A DNA stretch of 64,000 nucleotides, from positions 6,648-70,647 of the forward strand of contig DVMV01000010.1 of NCBI GenBank assembly GCA_018714785.1. Direction: 5' to 3'. This document shows positions 11,315 to 18,745 of the stretch, in pieces (positions within the stretch are counted from its first letter, which is position 1; every line of letters begins with the position of its first letter). A program made the position numbers and the translations under genes. This DNA comes from Candidatus Alloenteromonas pullicola (GTDB taxonomy: Bacteria > Bacillota_I > Bacilli_A > RFN20 > CAG-826). Under the pieces are notes generated by a model. It ran no database searches. It was given only the letters and a program-made list of their open reading frames with translations, and had not been told where the DNA came from.

Positions 11315-11973
11315 CTCTTGCCGAGCTTCCCCCGGAGGTTGAGCTCGCTTAGGTCATGGACGGCGATCGCCATCGCCTGGGGGTCGAGGGGATCGATGTC
11401 CTGCGATTCGAGGTAATCGATGAGCTTCGGCAGCATCGATAGCGACGTGACGAAGTTGTCGGAATAACTGTTGTCCAGCGGCGTCATCAGGCAATCGTCG
11501 TTGATAAGCACGATCGAGATGAAGAAATGGGTGTCGAACCCGGTCATCATGGCCATCCATTCGACCCGGGTTTTGTTGCGCATCATCGGGTTGGCGATGT
11601 ATTTCGCCTCCTTGCCGCGGTAGAAGATCCAATTGGGGTCGGTCTCCTTGGCGGCGATCGCCCCGTCGTAATATCGGTCGCGGATGCAGTAGATGAACTT
11701 GTTGCCGATCATCACGTGGTCGATGTGGAAGGTCTCCGAGTCGCCGATCCGGTTGACGAAGTCGTTGATCAGGTAGAAATCGTTGTAAAGCACCACTTTC
11801 TTGATCGTGGAGTAGTACATGCGCATGGTGAAGCGACGGTATAGGAAGTGCTTCACTGGCTCATAGAGGAAAAGGAACGCGAAGATGAGGCCGACCAATA
11901 TGCAGAGCACGCAGAAAATCGACAGCCTCACCGAATAAGGCAATCCGAAGGTTATAGCCGCGAAGGCCCTCAC
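11311..11973 (-). CDS. NERD-domain-like membrane protein
   Basis: One N-terminal TM helix (LSIFCVLCILVGLIFAFLFLY), then a NERD-like core (FHIDHVMIGNKFIYCIRDRYYDG). I chose the GTG start at 11973, which forms a GTGA overlap with the deoD stop. The tracked start at 12090 would lie inside deoD. Confidence 0.55.
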   Translation of the reverse strand: MRAFAAITFGLPYSVRLSIFCVLCILVGLIFAFLFLYEPVKHFLYRRFTMRMYYSTIKKVVLYNDFYLINDFVNRIGDSETFHIDHVMIGNKFIYCIRDRYYDGAIAAKETDPNWIFYRGKEAKYIANPMMRNKTRVEWMAMMTGFDTHFFISIVLINDDCLMTPLDNSYSDNFVTSLSMLPKLIDYLESQDIDPLDPQAMAIAVHDLSELNLRGKLGKS

Positions 11974-12689
11974 GCGAAGTCCTCCGCGGTCTTGATGGCC
12001 ACCTCGACCATGTCGACGAGCCCGCTCTGGCGCTGCTCGGCGCTCATCTCCTCGCCCCCTAGGAACGAATTGGAGACGGTCAGTATGCAAAGGGCGTTCT
12101 TGCCCATCCTCGCGGCGTTGGCGTATAGGGCGTAGGATTCCATCTCGACCCCGAGCACGCCGAGCTTAGCCCACCTCTTCCAGGTATCGGGATCCTCGTC
12201 GTAATAGATGTCGGCCGAAAGCACGTTGCCGACGTGGACGGCCTTCCCCATCTTCTTGCCATATAGGTAGGCGCTTAAAAGCACCGGGAAGCTCGAGACG
12301 GCCGAGAAGGTCCCGCCGCGGAGGTCGAACCCGCCCATCCAGTTGGAGTCGGTGCAGGCGCCTTGCGCCAGTATCAGGTCGCCTTGCTTGATCTCGGGCT
12401 GATAGGCCCCGGCGGTCCCAATCCTGATAATTGTCTCCACGCCGTAGAAGGCGAAAAGCTCATGGGAATAGATGCCGATGGAGGGCATGCCCATGCCGGA
12501 AGCCATGACCGAAATCAGCTTGCCGGACTTGGTGTGGCCAGTGTAGCCGAATACGTTCCGGGTCGAGGTGACCAGCTTGGCATCGGTTAGGAAGGTCTCG
12601 GCGATCCATTTGGCGCGCAGGGGGTCGCCTGGCATCAATACTACTTTGGCGAAATCGCCTTTCTCGGCGGCAATGTGCGGTGTCGGCAT
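11970..12689 (-). CDS. deoD: Purine nucleoside phosphorylase, DeoD type
   Basis: 239 aa. MPTPHIAAEKGDFAKVVLMPGDPLRAKWIAETFL and GVLGVEMESYALY are hallmark DeoD sequences. Confidence 0.9.
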   Translation of the reverse strand: MPTPHIAAEKGDFAKVVLMPGDPLRAKWIAETFLTDAKLVTSTRNVFGYTGHTKSGKLISVMASGMGMPSIGIYSHELFAFYGVETIIRIGTAGAYQPEIKQGDLILAQGACTDSNWMGGFDLRGGTFSAVSSFPVLLSAYLYGKKMGKAVHVGNVLSADIYYDEDPDTWKRWAKLGVLGVEMESYALYANAARMGKNALCILTVSNSFLGGEEMSAEQRQSGLVDMVEVAIKTAEDFA

Positions 12690-12704
12690 GTTATATCTCC
12701 TTTG

Positions 12705-12736
12705 GGCAAATAAAACCCCTTATCGCTAAGGGGTTG
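12705..12736 (-). terminator. Rho-independent terminator after glmS
   Basis: On the minus strand: AACCCCTTA-gcga-TAAGGGGTT followed by TTATTTG. Confidence 0.55.
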
Positions 12737-12797
12737 TTGTCTCATAAGGTGCCCATGGCGATATTTTAACGCCTAAAGGGCATAAGGGAATAGTCGG

Positions 12798-14570
12798 CTA
12801 TTCGACCGTGACCGACTTGGCTAGGTTCCGCGGTTTGTCGATCGGCAGCCCCTTGGCCTCGGCCAGGTAATAGCTGAGCAGCTGGGCGACCACCACGCTC
12901 GGGCAGACCCTGAGGTATCCCGGCACGGTCTTGAAGCTGATGGAATCCCCTTGCCGGAAGAGCGATTCGTCCGAGATGATGAGCAAGTCGGCCCCGCGGG
13001 ATGACAGCTCAACGAAATTGTTGCGGGTGCTGGCCTCCTTTGATGGGTCGGTCACGAAGCCGACCACCAAGGTCCCCTTCTCTATGAGGGCGATTGGCCC
13101 GTGCTTTAGCTCCCCGCCGGGATAGGATTCGGCGTGGACATAGGCCACCTCCTTCATCTTCAGCGCACCCTCCAGGGAGGATAGGTAATCGTACCCACGG
13201 CCGATGTAGAAGGCGTCGCGGGCGTCTTTGCGCTTGCTGGCCTCCTCCTTTACCTTGTCCGAGTGCTTTAGGATGTCGGATATCGAGTCGCACATTGAAA
13301 GCAGGTCCTTCTCGATTCCCGAATAGCCCCGCAAAGCCGCCACCAGAAGCGCCAAAAACGAAATCTGGGCGATATAGGACTTCGTTGAGGCGACCGCCAC
13401 TTCAACCCCGGCATAAAGCAGGCAGGAGAATGTGGCTTTCCTTTCGAGGGTCGACCCTTTGCTGTTGGTGACGACGAGGTTGGGCAAGCCGTGTTCGTTT
13501 ATGACCTTCTGGCATTTGATCAGGTCGGCCGTCTCCCCCGATTGGGAGAGGATTATGAAGAACGGGTTGCCACCGATGTCATAGGGGTCGTAGGCCCATT
13601 CCGAGCCGATGGAGGCGCTGCTTGGCTTGCCTAAGGCGCGGAAATACTTCACCCCGACCTTCGAGGCATAGAAGCTGGTGCCGCAGGCGAGGAAATGGAT
13701 GGAACTGGCCCGCGAAATGGCATCGAGGACCTTGGGATCGAAGCGGATCCCGCAATCCAGATAATTGTCCAGCAGCCTATGGATGACCGACGGGATCTCG
13801 TGAATCTCCTTCAGCATGTAATGCGGGAACCCGTGCAGATCGTCGTCGTAGAAATCTGGCGAGCGGCTAGACTCGGGGCGATCCACTTCCTTCCCTTCGG
13901 AGAAAATATGCACGGAATCAGCATCGAGATACCCATAATCCCCATCCTCAAGCTCGACGAAGCGCGAGGTGAGGTCAATCATCGCCCCCGCATCGGAAGC
14001 GAGGTAATTGGCTTGGTTTCCCAACCCCAAAAGCAGCGGCGAGGCGCCCTTCATGAAATATAGGCGCCCGGGCTCATCGACCTTGATTATGGCCGCCGCA
14101 TAGCTTCCCTCGACCCGCCTTTTCGCGGACTCGATGGCCAAAAGGACGTCCTTGAGGTGTAGGTATTCCTCCTCAACCAAATCGATTAGGATCTCCGAAT
14201 CGGTGTCGGAGGCGAATTTGTACCCCTTCTGCTTCAGCTCGTCGCGGAGCGGGCGGAAGTTCTCAATCACGCCGTTGTGGACTATGGCGAATTTGCCGGA
14301 GTAGCTTAGGTGGGGATGGGCGTTGGCCACGCTTGGCTGCCCATGGGTTGCCCAGCGGGTGTGGGCTATGCCGACGGTCCCCTTGAGCTCATCTCCCAGC
14401 AAGGCGGCAAGCTTATCGACCTTCCCCACTTCCTTGTGGATCTCGAACTTGCCATCGTCATCCACGCAAACCCCGGCTGAGTCATAGCCGCGGTATTCAA
14501 GCTTCTTGAGCCCCTTTATCAGGTATGAGCGGAAATCGATCTTTCCGACTCCTCCGACTATTCCGCACAT
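12798..14570 (-). CDS. glmS: Glutamine--fructose-6-phosphate aminotransferase
   Basis: 590 aa. Starts MCGIVG (Ntn catalytic Cys), has two SIS domains, and ends KSVTVE. Confidence 0.95.
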   Translation of the reverse strand: MCGIVGGVGKIDFRSYLIKGLKKLEYRGYDSAGVCVDDDGKFEIHKEVGKVDKLAALLGDELKGTVGIAHTRWATHGQPSVANAHPHLSYSGKFAIVHNGVIENFRPLRDELKQKGYKFASDTDSEILIDLVEEEYLHLKDVLLAIESAKRRVEGSYAAAIIKVDEPGRLYFMKGASPLLLGLGNQANYLASDAGAMIDLTSRFVELEDGDYGYLDADSVHIFSEGKEVDRPESSRSPDFYDDDLHGFPHYMLKEIHEIPSVIHRLLDNYLDCGIRFDPKVLDAISRASSIHFLACGTSFYASKVGVKYFRALGKPSSASIGSEWAYDPYDIGGNPFFIILSQSGETADLIKCQKVINEHGLPNLVVTNSKGSTLERKATFSCLLYAGVEVAVASTKSYIAQISFLALLVAALRGYSGIEKDLLSMCDSISDILKHSDKVKEEASKRKDARDAFYIGRGYDYLSSLEGALKMKEVAYVHAESYPGGELKHGPIALIEKGTLVVGFVTDPSKEASTRNNFVELSSRGADLLIISDESLFRQGDSISFKTVPGYLRVCPSVVVAQLLSYYLAEAKGLPIDKPRNLAKSVTVE

Positions 14571-15892
14571 TCGTTTCCCTCCTTGATGGCCTTGGCGACC
14601 ATTTCGACGGCCTTATGGCATCTATCCTCGTCTAGGCATTCGCCCATCACCCGGACCAGCGGTTCGGTGCCCGACCCGCGAAGCAGCATCCTGCCGTCGT
14701 CGCCCAGCATCTCCTCGGCCCGCTTCAGCGCGGCCTTTACCGAATCCGATTCCAGGGCTTTGGTGGCGCCGCTTCTGTCCTTGAACCGGATGTTTATCAA
14801 GGACTGCGGGTAAACCTTAAGCTCCTGGAGTTTGGCGAAGACCTCGGGCTGATTCAGGTATATCCCGATGATCTTGATCGCGGTCAATAGGCCATCCCCG
14901 GTGTTGAGGTCGGAGTGGAATATAACGTGGCCGGATTGCTCCCCGCCGATCGAAAGACCCTTCTCTTTCAGACGCACCTGGACGTATTTGTCGCCCACGG
15001 AGACGGTATCGTACCCGATCCCCTCTTCCTCCAGCGCTTTGCGCAGGCCGAAGTTGCTCATGACGGTTATCACGACCTCGTTGCCATTTAGCAGCCCCTT
15101 CTCCCTAAGCGATAGCGCACCGAGGAATATCTCGGCATCCCCGTCGATGACCCGGCCGGTGCTATCCAAGCCGAGGCAGCGGTCGGCGTCGCCGTCGAAG
15201 GCGAAGGCCAGGTCGTAGCCGTCTTTGGCGAACTCCCGCTGCAGATTCTCGAGGTGGGTCGAACCGCAGCCGGCGTTGATGTTCTTCCCATCCGGCTCGG
15301 AGCAGATGAAGGTGGCGTCAATCCCCAGCAAAGGGAACAGCTTCGGGGCCAAGGCCGAGGCCGAGCCGTTGGCGCAGTCGAAAAGCACCCTAACCTTCCC
15401 TTGGCCCTCGTGCTTTCCCATCAGGAAGCGAAGGTATTTATCCTTGAGTTCCGGCGCTTCCTGATAATGGCCGGGGCGGGTTGGCAAATAATCCTCAGCC
15501 GAATCGATGTAATCCTCGATCTTCGCCTCGATCTCCTCGCTTAGTTTCTCGCCGGAATGGGAGAACAGCTTGATTCCGTTGTCGGAATAGGGGTTGTGGG
15601 AGGCCGAGATCATGATCCCGTAGTCGAATTCGCCGTTCTCGACCAAATACGATACCGATGGCGTGGTCGAGACGCCTTCGTCGAAAAGGAAGCCGCCGCT
15701 TCTCACGATTCCTTCCTTTAGCCCTTCCAGCAAGGCAGGGCCCGATTCGCGGGTGTCCCGGGCGATTAGGATCCGGTTGGCTTTGCCATTCGGGTATTGC
15801 CCTATGTAGCGCCCGATGCGGTAGGCGATCTCCTGCGTAAGAACGCTCAAAGCCGCGCCGCGGATTCCGTCGGTTCCAAAATAACGTCCCAT
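14558..15892 (-). CDS. glmM: Phosphoglucosamine mutase
   Basis: 444 aa. MGRYFGTDGIRG N-terminus and active-site ISASHNP. Its 3' end overlaps glmS by 13 nt. Confidence 0.95.
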   Translation of the reverse strand: MGRYFGTDGIRGAALSVLTQEIAYRIGRYIGQYPNGKANRILIARDTRESGPALLEGLKEGIVRSGGFLFDEGVSTTPSVSYLVENGEFDYGIMISASHNPYSDNGIKLFSHSGEKLSEEIEAKIEDYIDSAEDYLPTRPGHYQEAPELKDKYLRFLMGKHEGQGKVRVLFDCANGSASALAPKLFPLLGIDATFICSEPDGKNINAGCGSTHLENLQREFAKDGYDLAFAFDGDADRCLGLDSTGRVIDGDAEIFLGALSLREKGLLNGNEVVITVMSNFGLRKALEEEGIGYDTVSVGDKYVQVRLKEKGLSIGGEQSGHVIFHSDLNTGDGLLTAIKIIGIYLNQPEVFAKLQELKVYPQSLINIRFKDRSGATKALESDSVKAALKRAEEMLGDDGRMLLRGSGTEPLVRVMGECLDEDRCHKAVEMVAKAIKEGNECAE

Positions 15893-15914
15893 CTCTTCTC
15901 CTCAAATCTCCAAA

Positions 15915-16745
15915 TTATTTGCCTGATTGCGAAATCTTCTTGCTGCTCTTCAGCGCCATGTAGTCCTCGAAGGTGGTGAGGAATGATTCTGGCTCGATGG
16001 TCTGCAGCTCGCCTTCGTAGGCGATCGAGATGCGGCCGGTCTCCTCGCTGACCACGATGGTCACGGCATCGACTTGGCTCGATATCGAAAGCGCCGCGCG
16101 GTGGCGGGATCCGAACTTGCCCGGCATGGCTATATCGACGGTTTGATAATAAACGGAGGCCGCGGCAATGAGGTCGTTTCTAATGATGACCGCCCCATCG
16201 TGAAGGCGGGTGCCGGGATAGAAGATGGTCTGCAGTATCTCGGAGCTCACCGGGCAATTCAGGGTGACGCCTTTGGCGATGAAGTCCGATAGGTCGTCGT
16301 CCTTCTCGAAAGTGATGAGGGCGCCGATCTTCTTCTTGGACATGATGAGGACCGCGTCGGCGACCTTCCTATAGACGGCGTCGCGGTCGAATATGGCCTC
16401 GGGGATGGCCGAGTTGCGGCCAAATATGCGCTTCGGGCTGACCTTGTTGGCCCGGTTTGAGATGTATTTTCTCCCGTCGGCGGAGTTCTGCAGGAAGAAC
16501 AAGCAGACGGCGATGACGAAGACGGCAAGGCAGATATAGACAAGCAGATCGAAGCCAAAGACGTAGAAAAGCAATATCGCAACCTCGTCTATAAGCAATA
16601 TCGCCCGGGGGACCCATCGCTTGAACCAGTTGTAGAAAACAAAATCGAGCAGGCCGAATATCAATACGGCGAGGATGAAGGGGACATAGTTGGCGTAATT
16701 GCCGAAGTCCTGGTAGGGGGCAAAGCCGGTTAGAAGAAGGTTCAT
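15915..16745 (-). CDS. cdaA: Diadenylate cyclase, membrane-anchored CdaA type
   Basis: 276 aa. Three N-terminal TM helices, then a DAC domain with GALITFEKDD, DGAVII and GSRHRAA motifs. Confidence 0.9.
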   Translation of the reverse strand: MNLLLTGFAPYQDFGNYANYVPFILAVLIFGLLDFVFYNWFKRWVPRAILLIDEVAILLFYVFGFDLLVYICLAVFVIAVCLFFLQNSADGRKYISNRANKVSPKRIFGRNSAIPEAIFDRDAVYRKVADAVLIMSKKKIGALITFEKDDDLSDFIAKGVTLNCPVSSEILQTIFYPGTRLHDGAVIIRNDLIAAASVYYQTVDIAMPGKFGSRHRAALSISSQVDAVTIVVSEETGRISIAYEGELQTIEPESFLTTFEDYMALKSSKKISQSGK

Positions 16746-16754
16746 TTTCTCATC

Positions 16755-17243
16755 TCATTTCTTGGAATGCGCATACCTGGCAGCGGCCGAGGCGGCGATG
16801 GCGCCGGCGATGTCGTCGAGGAAGGTGTTGGAATTGCCGGGATAGGTCCCGTCGTCTTTTTTGGCGTTTAGTTTTCCGACGATACCGTATTTGGTCTTGT
16901 CGATGTAGCCGAAGTTGGTCAAGGCAATCGAGCCATAGACGTTGCAGATGGAATAGGCAAGAACCTCGTCGACCCCATATAGGCCCTCGTCCTCAAGCAG
17001 CATCTTGGAGAGGATATCATCCTTTATCGCCCCGCTGTCGGCGGCCTCGTCGATCGCGATGCCGGTCATTATCGTATATTGGACCTCGCGCTTGCCGAGG
17101 ACGTCCATCACCGACTCGATCATGTCCTGGTGGGTCAATTCGGGAAAATAGGCCTTCTGCAGGAAGACGGCGCAATCGGCCAAGTCGTCAACGGTGACGC
17201 CTCTATCGCTGAGCAAGTCTATGCAATGCTGCCTCAAGTCCAT
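16755..17243 (-). CDS. PgpA/YutG-family phosphatidylglycerophosphatase A-like protein
   Basis: 162 aa, similar throughout to Bacillus YutG-type proteins as I recall them (DEGLYGVDEVLAYSICNVYGSIALTNFGYIDK...TFLDDIAGAIAA). First gene of the cdaA-glmM-glmS operon. Confidence 0.7.
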   Translation of the reverse strand: MDLRQHCIDLLSDRGVTVDDLADCAVFLQKAYFPELTHQDMIESVMDVLGKREVQYTIMTGIAIDEAADSGAIKDDILSKMLLEDEGLYGVDEVLAYSICNVYGSIALTNFGYIDKTKYGIVGKLNAKKDDGTYPGNSNTFLDDIAGAIAASAAARYAHSKK

Positions 17244-17263
17244 GGTTTTTCCTTTGCTAGAGA

Positions 17264-17292
17264 ATGATATAACGTTGAAACCTGGGTTTCAA
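17264..17292 (-). promoter_or_regulatory. Candidate promoter of the yutG-like/cdaA/glmM/glmS operon
   Basis: On the minus strand: TTGAAA (17292-17287), 17-nt spacer, TATCAT (17269-17264), then a ~20-nt leader with an AAAGGA SD. The dyad TTGAAACC-TG-GGTTTCAA overlaps the -35 element and spacer. Confidence 0.35.
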
Positions 17293-17411
17293 ACGCGTAA
17301 GCGCGCGCAAAAATCCCCAATTCGGCAATATTTCGATAAACCGGTAGAGTATTGCGGACTATTCCGAAGATAAAAGGCGATTCAGGAAATCCAAAAAATT
17401 TTGCTTGTCCT

Positions 17412-17442
17412 TCGAAAAAAGAAAAAGCGGGCGATCGCCCGC
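17412..17442 (-). terminator. Rho-independent terminator after tRNA-Gly(CCC)
   Basis: On the minus strand: GCGGGCGATCGCCCGC perfect hairpin followed by TTTTTCTTTTTT. Confidence 0.6.
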
Positions 17443-17453
17443 TCGTTTTCTTC

Positions 17454-17527
17454 TGGAGCAGCCTGCGGGAATCGAACCCGTATAACCAGCTTGGGAAGCT
17501 GGTGTTCTACCACTGAACTAAGGCTGC
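17454..17527 (-). tRNA. tRNA-Gly (anticodon CCC)
   Basis: Reverse complement GCAGCCTTAGTTCAGTGGTAGAACACCAGCTTCCCAAGCTGGTTATACGGGTTCGATTCCCGCAGGCTGCTCCA. Acceptor GCAGCCT/AGGCTGC, anticodon loop TTCCCAA. Confidence 0.85.
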
Positions 17528-17542
17528 ATCGAGAGCGCTGAT

Positions 17543-17571
17543 ATTTAACAACACCGGCGCCTCATAGTCAA
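17543..17571 (-). promoter_or_regulatory. Sigma70-like promoter for tRNA-Gly(CCC)
   Basis: On the minus strand: TTGACT (17571-17566), 17-nt spacer, TTAAAT (17548-17543), 15 nt upstream of the tRNA. Confidence 0.45.
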
Positions 17572-17578
17572 ACGTTTT

Positions 17579-18313
17579 CTACTTGGGTCTCACCCGAACG
17601 ACCGAGCCGTTTTTAGAGGCAAGCGACCTGGCGTAGGCTATTGCCTCCTCCTGGGTGGAGAACGTCATGACCGCGTCGGCCTTGTTGGCATAGCGGACGC
17701 GCCATTTCTTGGTGTTGCTCGGGGCGGGCTTGCCTTCGAATAGAACCACCGCTTCCTGCGGGGCGGGCTTCTCGGGACGAGGGCTTTCCAGCAATAGGAC
17801 CTCCTGGCTCGGGGTTGGGGCCACCGAGACGATGAGGCCGGCCGGCTGCTGCTCGGCTTTTGATGGCTCCTTGGCTAGCCCTTCCTTTGCGGCGGATGCC
17901 TCGGGCTTCTCCTCTTTCTTCGGCTCGGACTCAAGGGCGTTGAGCTTCGCCAAGACGGAGTTGAGGGTGCGGAAGGTGGAGCAATAGGCGACGAAGGGGC
18001 CGACGATGATCAGCGACCCGAACAGGCACCAATTAAAGAACTTCCCGAATCCGGTGCGATGATCATAGACGGAGAGCTCGACCGCCTTCTCCTCGACCCG
18101 CCGGGATAGCGTCGCCATGTAGATAAGCGTGGGGATGCCGAGGAAAATCCAGTCGAGAATCCACACGATTGGATAAGGCATCAGCCTCTTCTTGGCAAAT
18201 GTATTGACGTCTTTCCCGACGAAGTGGAGGTAGAACAAGGTATAGATCCTAAGGGTGATGATGCTGAGGAATATAAACAATATTCCCGACCTTTTTACTC
18301 TTTTGTACTTCAT
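17579..18313 (-). CDS. Membrane protein with a DUF4234-like N-terminus and a DUF2188-like C-terminal domain
   Basis: 244 aa. RSGILFIFLSIITLRIYTLFYLHF resembles the DUF4234 TM hairpin. A P/E/K-rich linker leads to a C-terminal KKWRVRYANKADAVMTFSTQEEAIAYARSLASKNGSVVRVRPK that resembles DUF2188. Family names are from memory. Confidence 0.5.
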   Translation of the reverse strand: MKYKRVKRSGILFIFLSIITLRIYTLFYLHFVGKDVNTFAKKRLMPYPIVWILDWIFLGIPTLIYMATLSRRVEEKAVELSVYDHRTGFGKFFNWCLFGSLIIVGPFVAYCSTFRTLNSVLAKLNALESEPKKEEKPEASAAKEGLAKEPSKAEQQPAGLIVSVAPTPSQEVLLLESPRPEKPAPQEAVVLFEGKPAPSNTKKWRVRYANKADAVMTFSTQEEAIAYARSLASKNGSVVRVRPK

Positions 18314-18362
18314 ATATGTCCCTCTTCGCTAATATTAAAACAAGGCACTGCCCTTGACAACG

Positions 18363-18383
18363 AAAAAACCGCGTTGACCGCGG
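18363..18383 (-). terminator. Rho-independent terminator after tRNA-Val
   Basis: On the minus strand: CCGCG-gtcaa-CGCGG followed by TTTTTT. Confidence 0.5.
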
Positions 18384-18397
18384 CCTCTCTCACTTCA

Positions 18398-18473
18398 TGG
18401 TGGGTGCTACAGGGATCGAACCTGTGACCTCCTGTACGTCAAACAGGTGCTCTCCCAGCTGAGCTAAACACCC
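18398..18473 (-). tRNA. tRNA-Val (anticodon GAC)
   Basis: Reverse complement GGGTGTTTAGCTCAGCTGGGAGAGCACCTGTTTGACGTACAGGAGGTCACAGGTTCGATCCCTGTAGCACCCACCA. Anticodon loop TTGACGT. Confidence 0.85.
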
Positions 18474-18510
18474 ATGAGTTTCAGTGAGTGCCGCTTTTTC
18501 GCGGCTCGAT

Positions 18511-18539
18511 TATTATATGGACATAGATATTGCACTTCA
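18511..18539 (-). promoter_or_regulatory. Sigma70-like promoter for tRNA-Val
   Basis: On the minus strand: TTGAAG (18539-18534), 17-nt spacer, consensus TATAAT (18516-18511). Confidence 0.5.
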
Positions 18540-18556
18540 AGGGAAATTTTAAAGAC

Positions 18557-18586
18557 GAAAAAACCGGCTCCCGATGGGCAGGCCGG
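18557..18586 (-). terminator. Probable terminator after tRNA-Thr
   Basis: On the minus strand: CCGGC...GCCGG stem with an inner CCC/GGG helix, followed by TTTTTT. Confidence 0.4.
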
Positions 18587-18599
18587 CTGGCGTTTTCCT

Positions 18600-18675
18600 T
18601 GGTGCCGACTAGAGGAATCGAACCTCCAACCTACGGTTTACGATACCGTTGCTCTGCCAATTGAGCTAAGTCGGC
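18600..18675 (-). tRNA. tRNA-Thr (anticodon CGU)
   Basis: Reverse complement GCCGACTTAGCTCAATTGGCAGAGCAACGGTATCGTAAACCGTAGGTTGGAGGTTCGATTCCTCTAGTCGGCACCA. Acceptor GCCGACT/AGTCGGC, anticodon loop ATCGTAA. Confidence 0.85.
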
Positions 18676-18711
18676 GCGACACATACTTTAAACTAACTTC
18701 ATCACCTAGAC

Positions 18712-18738
18712 AAGAAAAAGGGGCGCTTGTCGCGCCCC
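18712..18738 (-). terminator. Rho-independent terminator after the P-type ATPase gene
   Basis: On the minus strand: GGGGCGCGACAAGCGCCCC hairpin followed by TTTTTCTTG. Confidence 0.55.
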
Positions 18739-18745
18739 ATTGCCC

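Noticed and set aside
14558-14600. Expected glmS ribozyme upstream of glmS
   Set aside because: The glmS start codon lies inside the 3' end of glmM (13-nt overlap), so there is no untranslated leader in which a ribozyme could sit.
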